Shown here piece after piece: positions 18,711-26,234 of a stretch of 26,992 bases of DNA. The first letter of the stretch is position 1; each line of letters starts with the position of its first letter. Origin of the DNA: an uncultured Thermoplasmata archaeon (lineage in GTDB: Archaea; Thermoplasmatota; Thermoplasmata; Halarchaeoplasmatales; Halarchaeoplasmataceae). Made by a program: the position numbers and the translations under genes. The stretch lies in the NCBI GenBank assembly GCA_964399335.1, contig CAYNQI010000014.1, positions 1 to 26,992 on the forward strand, given 5' to 3'. The notes under the pieces were generated by a model. It was given only the letters and a program-made list of their open reading frames with translations, did no database searches and was not told the origin of the DNA.

Positions 18711-18907
18711 TGACATTAGCAGATAAGAGGATACCGGTCACCAAAGAAACGCTGGAGAGATTAAAGAAGTTAGGTCATAAAGGGCAAACATACGATGAAC
18801 TTTTAAATGAGATGATAGAAGCCTACAAAAAAGAAAAATTCATCAAGATGCTCAAGGAGAGACGGCAAGAAGGTAAGTTCACTGATTTCGATGAGGCTTT
18901 TGAATGA
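18707..18907 (+). CDS. Small antitoxin (RHH-like N-terminus, RelB-like role)
   Basis: 66 aa. RIPVTKETLERLKKLG.KGQTYDELLNEMIE resembles archaeal RHH-type antitoxins; acidic/aromatic C-terminus. Its TGA overlaps the ATG of a RelE-like gene (ATGA at 18904-18907). Start is GTG 18707 or ATG 18710. Confidence 0.82.
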   Translation: MMTLADKRIPVTKETLERLKKLGHKGQTYDELLNEMIEAYKKEKFIKMLKERRQEGKFTDFDEAFE

Positions 18908-19177
18908 GTTACCGCCTACTTATCGAAGAAAACGCTGTTAGAGAGATAGGATCTATTACCAAAAAAGACCAGGAAAGGATAAAGACAAAAATCAAAAACA
19001 TCCTTACTGAAGATCCCACTACCAGGTGGAAAAGGAGATATAAAAAAGATCAGTGACTCTGATTTTTGGAGGTTGCGCGTAGGGGATTATAGGGTATTTT
19101 ACGATGTGGATTTGGATGAAAAAATAGTATATATACTATCTGTTAGGCACAGGTCAACGGCTTATCGAACCTTATAA
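18904..19177 (+). pseudogene. relE: RelE/ParE-family toxin interrupted by a +1 frameshift
   Basis: Frame from ATG 18904 reads MSYRLLIEENAVREIGSITKKDQERIKTKIKNILTEDP... and stops at TGA 19054-56 (50 aa). The +1 frame continues PGGKGDIKKISDSDFWRLRVGDYRVFYDVDLDEKIVYILSVRHRSTAYRTL to TAA 19175-77, which contains the RelE signature RLRVGDYRV.Y and the V.HR..AY end. Removing one base near 19012-19021 gives a 90-aa protein. Confidence 0.88.
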
Positions 19178-19190
19178 TCATCTAAGTCGA

Positions 19191-19814
19191 TCAAACACCT
19201 TTTTTATCTCCCCATATCAGTTTGTGCAGCTGCGGGAGGACCCTGACATCGATACCGTCTTCTATAACCCACTCAGCCAAATCTTTCAGATCGATACCGT
19301 GAACAGGCTGGAAAACTATCTCAGAAGACGGGTCTAGTTTCTTTATCGTTTCTTTAGCAAATCCGTAATCATCTTCATCGGCTATAACAAACTTGAGTAC
19401 GTCAGTGTTCTTTAATAAGTCGATATTCTCATCCCTCATCTTTTCACACATACCGGATGATGGGGTTTTGTAATCCATAGATATGTGGACTTCCCTTTTA
19501 GATATCGGTCCTATATCCAAGGATCCGTTGGTCTCTATGGAAATTTCATAACTTTGAACTAATTTATCGATGAGATCTAATAGATCATCCTGTATCAGCG
19601 GTTCTCCACCGGTTATACACACCCTCTTCACGGGATGATTGCTTATCTCGGCCAGAATCTCTTGGGTCGTGTATTCTTCACCACCGTCCCATGCGTACTT
19701 GGTATCGCACCAATCACACCTCAGATTACATCCAGAAGTACGGATGAATACCGTCGGTAATCCTATCTGGGTACCTTCTCCCTGCAGTGAATAGAAAATC
19801 TCATTGATCTTCAT
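19191..19814 (-). CDS. queE: 7-carboxy-7-deazaguanine synthase (radical SAM)
   Basis: EIFYSLQGEG...G.P.VFIRT.GCNLRCDWCDT (CxxxCxxC), ITGGEPL, IETNGS, MDYKTPSSG and C-terminal QLHK.IW. Confidence 0.93.
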   Translation of the reverse strand: MKINEIFYSLQGEGTQIGLPTVFIRTSGCNLRCDWCDTKYAWDGGEEYTTQEILAEISNHPVKRVCITGGEPLIQDDLLDLIDKLVQSYEISIETNGSLDIGPISKREVHISMDYKTPSSGMCEKMRDENIDLLKNTDVLKFVIADEDDYGFAKETIKKLDPSSEIVFQPVHGIDLKDLAEWVIEDGIDVRVLPQLHKLIWGDKKGV

Positions 19815-19897
19815 GGGAACTTAATCCCGATAACTGATAAATATAATCTTGCTTCCAAAAACCTTATTTTGTTAGGTGATTACTATGTGACGAGAAC

Positions 19898-21019
19898 ATG
19901 AAGATTGGATTCGTCATCAACCCGATAGCCGGGATGGGAGGTAAAGTGGGTTTAAAAGGTACCGATGGAGTTTACAAAAAGGCTGTTGAACGTGGGGCAG
20001 AACCGGTAGCCCGGAATAGGGCTGAGAAGGCTCTCCGTGAGATGAAAGTAGGTCATGAGTGGTACACAGCAGAAGGTATCATGGGTGAAGACTCGCTGAA
20101 AAAGATATTTTCTGACGATGAAATCAACGTCGTTTACGAACCATCGAAGGATGAAATAGGTGAAACAGAATCCAACGATACCCATAACGCTGTGAGAGAG
20201 TTCTTAAAAAATGATGTTGAATTGATAGTATTCTGTGGAGGGGATGGAACCGCCAGGGATGTCTTCGAAGAAGTTGGAACGAAGCTGCCGATATTGGGCA
20301 TCCCTGCAGGGGTTAAGATGCACAGCGGAGTATTCGGTGTTAACCCAGAATCTAGTGCACAACTGTTCAACGATTTTGTGGAAGGTAAGGCCGATGTCGG
20401 GACCGTTGAAATCATGGATTTGGATGAGGACCGATACAGAGAGGGTAATTGGGAGATAAAACTGCACGGTGAAGCCAAGAGTATCTACGAACCACACTAC
20501 ATCCAGCTGGGTAAACAGAGCTTCAGGTCCGTGGAAGAGGATGAGATGAAATACGATATCGCCAGTTACATGATCGAGGAGATGGAGTACTATCCCGATC
20601 ACATCTTTGTTCTGGGTCCCGGATCCACAACAGCAGAGATCCAGAAGATCTTGGATATCGAATATACGATATTAGGTGTTGATATTTTAAAGAATAAAGA
20701 GATCATTCAGTTGGATGTGGCTGAAAAAGATATACTGAAAGCTGCTGAAGATGCTGCAGGTATCAAGATCGTGGTTTCTATGATTGGTAACCAAGGATTC
20801 TTTTTGGGACGGGGTAATCAACAGATCAGCCCGGGGGTAGTCAAAAAAGCTGGATTGAACAATATCTACATATTATCCACTCCTACAAAATTGAAGAAAA
20901 CTCCCTATCTTAGAGCTGACACCGGTGATGAGGAACTCGATGAGACGATCCGAGAAAAAGGTTATATGAAGGTGGTCAGAGCGTTCCGTGAATACAGGCT
21001 GGTCAAAGTTCAGGTTTGA
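19898..21019 (+). CDS. ATP-NAD kinase family protein (COG3199-like)
   Basis: GFVINPIAGMGGKVGLKGTDG, GGDGTARD, LGIPAGVKMHSGVF and GFFLGRGNQQISP. Confidence 0.88.
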   Translation: MKIGFVINPIAGMGGKVGLKGTDGVYKKAVERGAEPVARNRAEKALREMKVGHEWYTAEGIMGEDSLKKIFSDDEINVVYEPSKDEIGETESNDTHNAVREFLKNDVELIVFCGGDGTARDVFEEVGTKLPILGIPAGVKMHSGVFGVNPESSAQLFNDFVEGKADVGTVEIMDLDEDRYREGNWEIKLHGEAKSIYEPHYIQLGKQSFRSVEEDEMKYDIASYMIEEMEYYPDHIFVLGPGSTTAEIQKILDIEYTILGVDILKNKEIIQLDVAEKDILKAAEDAAGIKIVVSMIGNQGFFLGRGNQQISPGVVKKAGLNNIYILSTPTKLKKTPYLRADTGDEELDETIREKGYMKVVRAFREYRLVKVQV

Positions 21020-21020
21020 G

Positions 21021-22268
21021 TCAAGTCTTGATAACCTTCATCTTATCGCTTATAGGTAAAATTATACCTACGATCACTAAAACTACAGCTCCGAAGAGGA
21101 AAGCATACGCGATGCCCATAGTATCTGCTAAGTAACCCAATATAGGTGCTATTATCATACCCACGACAGAACGGAGTAAATTCTGCCCGCTGAAGAGTGT
21201 GGCTCTGGTTTGGGAGTCCATCCTATCACCTACATATCCGATGACCATCGGTTTTCTGAGATTGTAAAGAGTGTAGAAGAAGAAGAAAGCAATTATAGAT
21301 ATTTCAATAAAGTTGAACTGTAGAGATATTGCAACAACAAGGAATAAACCTGCCATTATGAAGTACAGCATATCTAGTGCTTTACCCATATGGCCGATCT
21401 TCTCCATAAAATCTGCGGATTTTATCGAGGATGTGAAACTATTGATGTAAACGAAGAAATAAACTATCCCTACCAATATAGCGGTCCTCTGCTGTTCATG
21501 CTCTATGAACATCAACATGGGAAGGGCGACTGCTAAAGTTTCGATTATAGGTGATAAGTAATCTTTTGAAATTTTAAAGAATGAATCGTACACCGATGCA
21601 TTCACCAGCATCTTTCCCAACCCTGCATGTTTGTAGAGCTGCTTGATACTGTTTTTTAGATGATTCCACGTCGAAATTATACTTGCACCCTCAGGTTCAC
21701 CATCCAATTCTTTTGGATACGTGAGCATCAGTATGAAAGCGAATGTATATGGAACCAAAGTTGCTAGAAAGATCACGTTATAGTTCCCAACAAAATATAC
21801 GATAGCGCCGGCGATGACCGCTGAAAAAGCTGATCCCAGTCTGGACGCCGCCCTTGTTTTCCCATAGTAACGCACCCGCTGGTCTTCCATACCCTCGTTA
21901 TCTAGATACTGCATTATCATGGATTTGTGGGTACCATGTCTCAAAGTTTCTCCCATGGCGAATAGGAACATGGCAGGTATGAATATCAAGAAAAGTGAGT
22001 AGTAGTAAAATATTGAGAAAGAGATCATGTAGCAGAAAAAGGCTGTAGCCATAGCCCTTCTCCTACCTGTCAAGTCCGCTACAACACCTGTAGGAAGTTC
22101 CAAGACTATGGTAGATACCTCTCTGATCGAGATCAGTATACCTATCTGGGTGAAGCTTAGTCCATTGGCTAGGAAGAACAGGTAAAGGAAGGGTTCGAAG
22201 AACTTGAGGTTCTTCAAGAACCCGTAAGAGGAGAATCTAAGAAGCATCGCTTTTTTAGCATCCCACAT
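21021..22268 (-). CDS. MFS transporter
   Basis: About 12 hydrophobic segments; MFS motif A-like PTGVVADLTGRR in the N-half and LGYLADTMG in the C-half. Confidence 0.9.
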   Translation of the reverse strand: MWDAKKAMLLRFSSYGFLKNLKFFEPFLYLFFLANGLSFTQIGILISIREVSTIVLELPTGVVADLTGRRRAMATAFFCYMISFSIFYYYSLFLIFIPAMFLFAMGETLRHGTHKSMIMQYLDNEGMEDQRVRYYGKTRAASRLGSAFSAVIAGAIVYFVGNYNVIFLATLVPYTFAFILMLTYPKELDGEPEGASIISTWNHLKNSIKQLYKHAGLGKMLVNASVYDSFFKISKDYLSPIIETLAVALPMLMFIEHEQQRTAILVGIVYFFVYINSFTSSIKSADFMEKIGHMGKALDMLYFIMAGLFLVVAISLQFNFIEISIIAFFFFYTLYNLRKPMVIGYVGDRMDSQTRATLFSGQNLLRSVVGMIIAPILGYLADTMGIAYAFLFGAVVLVIVGIILPISDKMKVIKT

Positions 22269-22322
22269 CGAAAGGGGATATCATAGAGTAATAATTAAAT
22301 TTATTGATTTATGATTTTTAAA

Positions 22323-23012
22323 CTAAAGTCTAAACCTGGAGAATATGTGCTTTTCCAAAAGATATCCGAGTGTTTCGATTTTTTTACCGATGAGCGGATG
22401 CCGATAAAGAGTAGGAATCAGAACAACGATCGTAGCTGCCAGTAGGTACCCACCTATAATATCTGTCATGTAATGAAAACCGATAAAAACTCTAAAATAA
22501 GTGATGATCACCGCTGGAGCAGAAAGTACTAAAAGATAGAGTAGATTTCTTTCCATCTTACCGTAAATGAAGTACATTACGTAAAGACCGATAAAGACGG
22601 AAAAAGCCATTGTAGCATGTCCGCTTGGATAAGAAAATCCCGATCTATAGAATATAAAAAGTCCAGGTCTAACTCTAGAGATAAGCATTTTTAACGACTG
22701 ATATGTGAAAAAGGAAACTGTTACCATGGATATGTAGGTTAAGAATTCGTCATAATATTTTTCTTTGATCAAGAAGAGTATACCTATTATAAAAGTCAGA
22801 TATATGGGGATGTTAGTGTAGGTAAAAATAGTAGACACGTTTTCAGGAAGATTATCAGCATAACCTACTAAAAACTCTTGTGTCAGAACATCTATAGATT
22901 CTGCCACGCTATAAACGACTAGTAAGGTTAAGATAGAAAAAGAAACAGCGAATGATAGGGCAAGAATAAAGTTTCTATCCCTATAGAAATTTTCAAAAGA
23001 GGGTTTGTTCAT
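22323..23012 (-). CDS. PAP2-family membrane phosphatase
   Basis: C1 KMLISRVRP, C2 SYPSGH, C3 RVFIGFHYMTD; multiple TM segments. Confidence 0.9.
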   Translation of the reverse strand: MNKPSFENFYRDRNFILALSFAVSFSILTLLVVYSVAESIDVLTQEFLVGYADNLPENVSTIFTYTNIPIYLTFIIGILFLIKEKYYDEFLTYISMVTVSFFTYQSLKMLISRVRPGLFIFYRSGFSYPSGHATMAFSVFIGLYVMYFIYGKMERNLLYLLVLSAPAVIITYFRVFIGFHYMTDIIGGYLLAATIVVLIPTLYRHPLIGKKIETLGYLLEKHIFSRFRL

Positions 23013-23096
23013 TAATCGTTCAATATTTGTTTTAGATTTAAATCTTTACCTTGTTTTTGGTGATAAATCTTTTATCTATGGTTGAGATGTTAATAT

Positions 23097-23678
23097 ATGG
23101 ACATCAGCTTGGAAGAGTTGTCACTAGAAGATATCGACGAGTATATTGAAATTCCTATCAAATTCAAAGTAGACCGTATACTAGATGTTAAGCTGATAGA
23201 TGATGGGCTAGGAGGTATCGAATTAGTGGAGAAAGAACTTGATACGAGTTACATCAAGGATTACGACAAAGACTCTGATTTAAAAGGATTGGAAGAGGAG
23301 TTCGATATATCTAATTGGGGATTTTACGGGGCTTATCTAGAAGGTGAGTTGGTAGGAGGAGTGATCATAGCTTACGATACAGAGGGGGTAAACATGCTCT
23401 CCGGTCGAGACGATATGGCCGTTGTTTGGGACATAAGGGTTCATCCCGAGTACAGAGGGAAAGGTGTTGGATACAGATTGTTCCAGAAAGCCGTGGATTG
23501 GTCGAAAGAAAGGAGTTGTAAGGTGTTGAAGGTTGAAACCCAGAATATCAACGTGTCCGCCTGTAAATTTTATGTTCGACAGGGGTGTAAACTGGGGTGT
23601 ATCGATAGATACGGTTACAGTGAGGAAGAAGATTTATCACATGAAGTCATGTTACTATGGTATCTTGAATTGGAGTGA
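23097..23678 (+). CDS. GNAT N-acetyltransferase, streptothricin acetyltransferase (Sat)-like
   Basis: Acetyl-CoA motif IRVHPEYRGKGVG, then LKVETQNINVSACKFY..QG and terminal E..LLWYL. These resemble the Sat-type pattern ETQ.NN..AC.FY...G...E..+FWY. Confidence 0.8.
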   Translation: MDISLEELSLEDIDEYIEIPIKFKVDRILDVKLIDDGLGGIELVEKELDTSYIKDYDKDSDLKGLEEEFDISNWGFYGAYLEGELVGGVIIAYDTEGVNMLSGRDDMAVVWDIRVHPEYRGKGVGYRLFQKAVDWSKERSCKVLKVETQNINVSACKFYVRQGCKLGCIDRYGYSEEEDLSHEVMLLWYLELE

Positions 23679-24247
23679 TAGAGATGGGAGATAGATACAC
23701 CGTGATAGCAGAAGGAGAAAACGTATTGTTGAGAGATGGTGTTAAATCCGATATCGAAAGTTACATCAGATGGTGGGATGAAGGTGAGTGGCAGGAATAC
23801 GATGCTCCATGGGAAGTTGAACAGGAAGATATGTCAAAGAAAAAAAGGAGGAAATTATTCAAAAAACTCTACATGGCCGAAAAGGAACATCCGAGAAAAA
23901 GGGCAGTAATATCAACTAATAAAGGAGTGCCAATCGGATGGGTTAACAGGTATCAGGATAGAGAGGATTTTGATTTCTGGTACATAGGTATAGATATCTG
24001 CGAAGACGATTATTTGGGAAGGGGATCCGGGACACAAGCTCTCAGATTGTGGATAGATTACCTTTTTGAAAACTCAGAGATCCATAAGATCGCTTTACGG
24101 ACTTATTCATTTAATACACGAATGCAGAGAGTTGCAGAGAAACTGGGGTTCGTAGAAGAGGGGGTGGAGAGGGAAGTCAAAGAATGGAAGGGCAGATATA
24201 TAGATCTGTATATATATGGTCTTTTGAGGGAGGAATGGGGAAGGTAA
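23675..24247 (+). CDS. GNAT N-acetyltransferase, RimJ/RimL family
   Basis: IGIDICEDDYLGRGSGT, N.RMQRVAEKLGFVEEG..RE...YIDLYIYGLLREEW. GTGA overlap with the upstream GNAT stop. Confidence 0.88.
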   Translation: MIEMGDRYTVIAEGENVLLRDGVKSDIESYIRWWDEGEWQEYDAPWEVEQEDMSKKKRRKLFKKLYMAEKEHPRKRAVISTNKGVPIGWVNRYQDREDFDFWYIGIDICEDDYLGRGSGTQALRLWIDYLFENSEIHKIALRTYSFNTRMQRVAEKLGFVEEGVEREVKEWKGRYIDLYIYGLLREEWGR

Positions 24248-24262
24248 AGTAAATATCAAGGT

Positions 24263-24523
24263 GTGTTCATGATCGTAAACATGTTGATAATAGATGTTCT
24301 TGGTTCATATGTTTCTAATCTATTTATCTCCAACCTCTCACTTATTCCCTTTACTATCCTTTGTGGACTCTCCTTATTGGTCTTGATAATATTAATCATC
24401 ATCCTTCTCAAAGAACTTTTATTTTCTTCAACACGTGAATGCCCTTACTGCAGAAATAGAATTCCTAAAGACGCTGCATGGTGTAAACACTGTAAGAGAG
24501 ATCTGACAGATTATTTAAAATAG
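24263..24523 (+). CDS. Small membrane protein with C-terminal double zinc ribbon
   Basis: Hydrophobic N-terminal half, then CPYC-x10-CKHC (ECPYCRNRIPKDAAWCKHCKRDL). Exact start uncertain. Confidence 0.75.
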   Translation: MFMIVNMLIIDVLGSYVSNLFISNLSLIPFTILCGLSLLVLIILIIILLKELLFSSTRECPYCRNRIPKDAAWCKHCKRDLTDYLK

Positions 24524-24580
24524 TTCGATCTAAAAGGATTCTATTTTAGATATTTAACTAACTATATTCCGTCATGGTCT

Positions 24581-24967
24581 TTACTGTTGATCAGGTGGTG
24601 GTGGGGGTGGGGTATCATTCTGAGTAGTTTGTCTAGTAGGTTTAGAAGTTCTGCTTTTCAGTTTCACTGCGGTTCCATAGGCAAGTATTTCCGCTCCGCC
24701 TTTTGTTATCTGGGAGGTCATAAATCTTACGTTAACGACGGCATCGGCTCCCAATCTCTGCGCTTCCTGTACCATCCTCCCGATGGCTTCTTCTCTTGCG
24801 TCGGTCATAAGTTCTGAGTAGGCTTTGAGTTCTCCACCGAAGATGTTCCTTATACCCTGGGTAAAGTCTCTGACAGCATTTCTCGCCCTGACCGTGTTAC
24901 CTCTAACTAGACCTAGATCCTCCACTATCTCCTGTCCCTCGATCTTCTCGGTATTAGTTATATGCAT
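24581..24967 (-). CDS. ybjQ: YbjQ/UPF0145 family protein with a low-complexity Pro-rich tail
   Basis: GLVRGNTVRARN..RD....IRNIFGGELKAYSEL..AREEA..RM..EA..LGADAVVNVRF...AEILAYGTAV; tail ends TPPPPPPDQQ. Confidence 0.9.
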   Translation of the reverse strand: MHITNTEKIEGQEIVEDLGLVRGNTVRARNAVRDFTQGIRNIFGGELKAYSELMTDAREEAIGRMVQEAQRLGADAVVNVRFMTSQITKGGAEILAYGTAVKLKSRTSKPTRQTTQNDTPPPPPPDQQ

Positions 24968-25095
24968 AACATTATATTATAGCAAAAGGGATTATTTAAA
25001 ATTTGGTTTTTTAATATCTGTTGAGAATTATTTCTAAAAAAGTCATTAAGTATATTAAAATGAACACACTTTATACAATAAATAGAGGAATATCC

Positions 25096-26199
25096 ATGAT
25101 TGATCCCACGATTGAAGAACTTATAGAAAAGCATGAAAAGTTGAGAGGAAATAGTATCAACCTTGTGGCTTCTGAGAATTATGTATCAGAAAAGGTTAAA
25201 GACGCATTATCGTCCGACCTTGTTGGAAGATATCACTCAGATTATTATGGGGGTACTGAACCGGCTCGTGAGATATTGGATAAGACTGAGGATTTGGCTG
25301 AAAGGCTTTTCCATGTAAAACACGCACTGATCAAACTGATCTCGGGTAATCTATGTGACCTGAACGTCCTGTTTTCATACACAGAACCCGGTGATCAGAT
25401 AGCCATGATGGATTATACGAATGGTGGCTATCCACTAGGTTTGGAAAAGTTCAATAGACGGAGGATTTCACTTCCAGTGAAAGAAGGAACATTTGAGATC
25501 GATGTAGATGAAGCTGAAGAGGTATATCGAGATAACGATGTAAAACTGACGATCCTGGGCTCTTCATACATCCCTTTCCCACATCCAGTTGAAAAGATAA
25601 GTAAAATAGCTCAAAGGTATTCTGATGATCATGTATGTGTATTCGACGGTTCCCACGTTCTAGGTTTGATCGCCACAGGAGTCTTTCAAGACCCCCTTAG
25701 AGAAGGGGCGGAAGTGTTGATAGGTAGTACCCACAAGTCTTTCTATGGACCTCAGGGGGGGATGATACTGACTGATTCTGACGACCACGTTGATAAGTTA
25801 CGTAAATACATAGAGATAGATTTGGAAACTGGGATAGGATTAATAGATAATCCACACGTGAACAGGATAGCTGCGTTAGGTATCGCCATAGAAGAGATGT
25901 TGAAAGATGAGAAGTACGGTGAACGGGTTGTTGAAAACGGTAAAGAACTAGCTGAGAATTTGGACCAACTAGGAGTGCCCATGAAATTCGCTGATAAGGG
26001 ATATACCGAATCTCACCAGATATTTTTAGATATGGATGAACAAAGAGCTATGAAGTTCTGTAAGAACCTGGAAAAGGAAGGTATCTTTATCGATATAACA
26101 GGTCGGATCGGAGTAGCTGAAGTTACTCATCGAGGACTCGATTTTGAGGATATGTGTCAGATCGCTGAGAAGATATCAGAAGTGTATAAAAAGATTTAA
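25096..26199 (+). CDS. glyA: Serine hydroxymethyltransferase-like PLP enzyme (367 aa), shortened and divergent
   Basis: NLVASEN, YYGG, archaeal-type FDGSHVLGLIA.G.FQDPL.EGA, PLP-Lys motif STHKSFYGPQGG, TESHQ and RIG. ATG 25096 with upstream AGAGGA is preferred over TTG 25021. Folate-binding segments appear deleted (see findings). Confidence 0.85.
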   Translation: MIDPTIEELIEKHEKLRGNSINLVASENYVSEKVKDALSSDLVGRYHSDYYGGTEPAREILDKTEDLAERLFHVKHALIKLISGNLCDLNVLFSYTEPGDQIAMMDYTNGGYPLGLEKFNRRRISLPVKEGTFEIDVDEAEEVYRDNDVKLTILGSSYIPFPHPVEKISKIAQRYSDDHVCVFDGSHVLGLIATGVFQDPLREGAEVLIGSTHKSFYGPQGGMILTDSDDHVDKLRKYIEIDLETGIGLIDNPHVNRIAALGIAIEEMLKDEKYGERVVENGKELAENLDQLGVPMKFADKGYTESHQIFLDMDEQRAMKFCKNLEKEGIFIDITGRIGVAEVTHRGLDFEDMCQIAEKISEVYKKI

Positions 26200-26234
26200 T
26201 ATGAGATGTTCATAGGGTTTTGCAGGTGCTTAAG

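Noticed and set aside
19054-19056. TGA in relE as a selenocysteine or readthrough codon
   Set aside because: Homology continues in a different frame that begins upstream of this stop, so readthrough would not restore the protein.
21017-21023. Convergent kinase and MFS stop codons 1 nt apart
   Set aside because: Tight tail-to-tail packing is common in compact archaeal genomes, and there is no evidence of a regulatory role.
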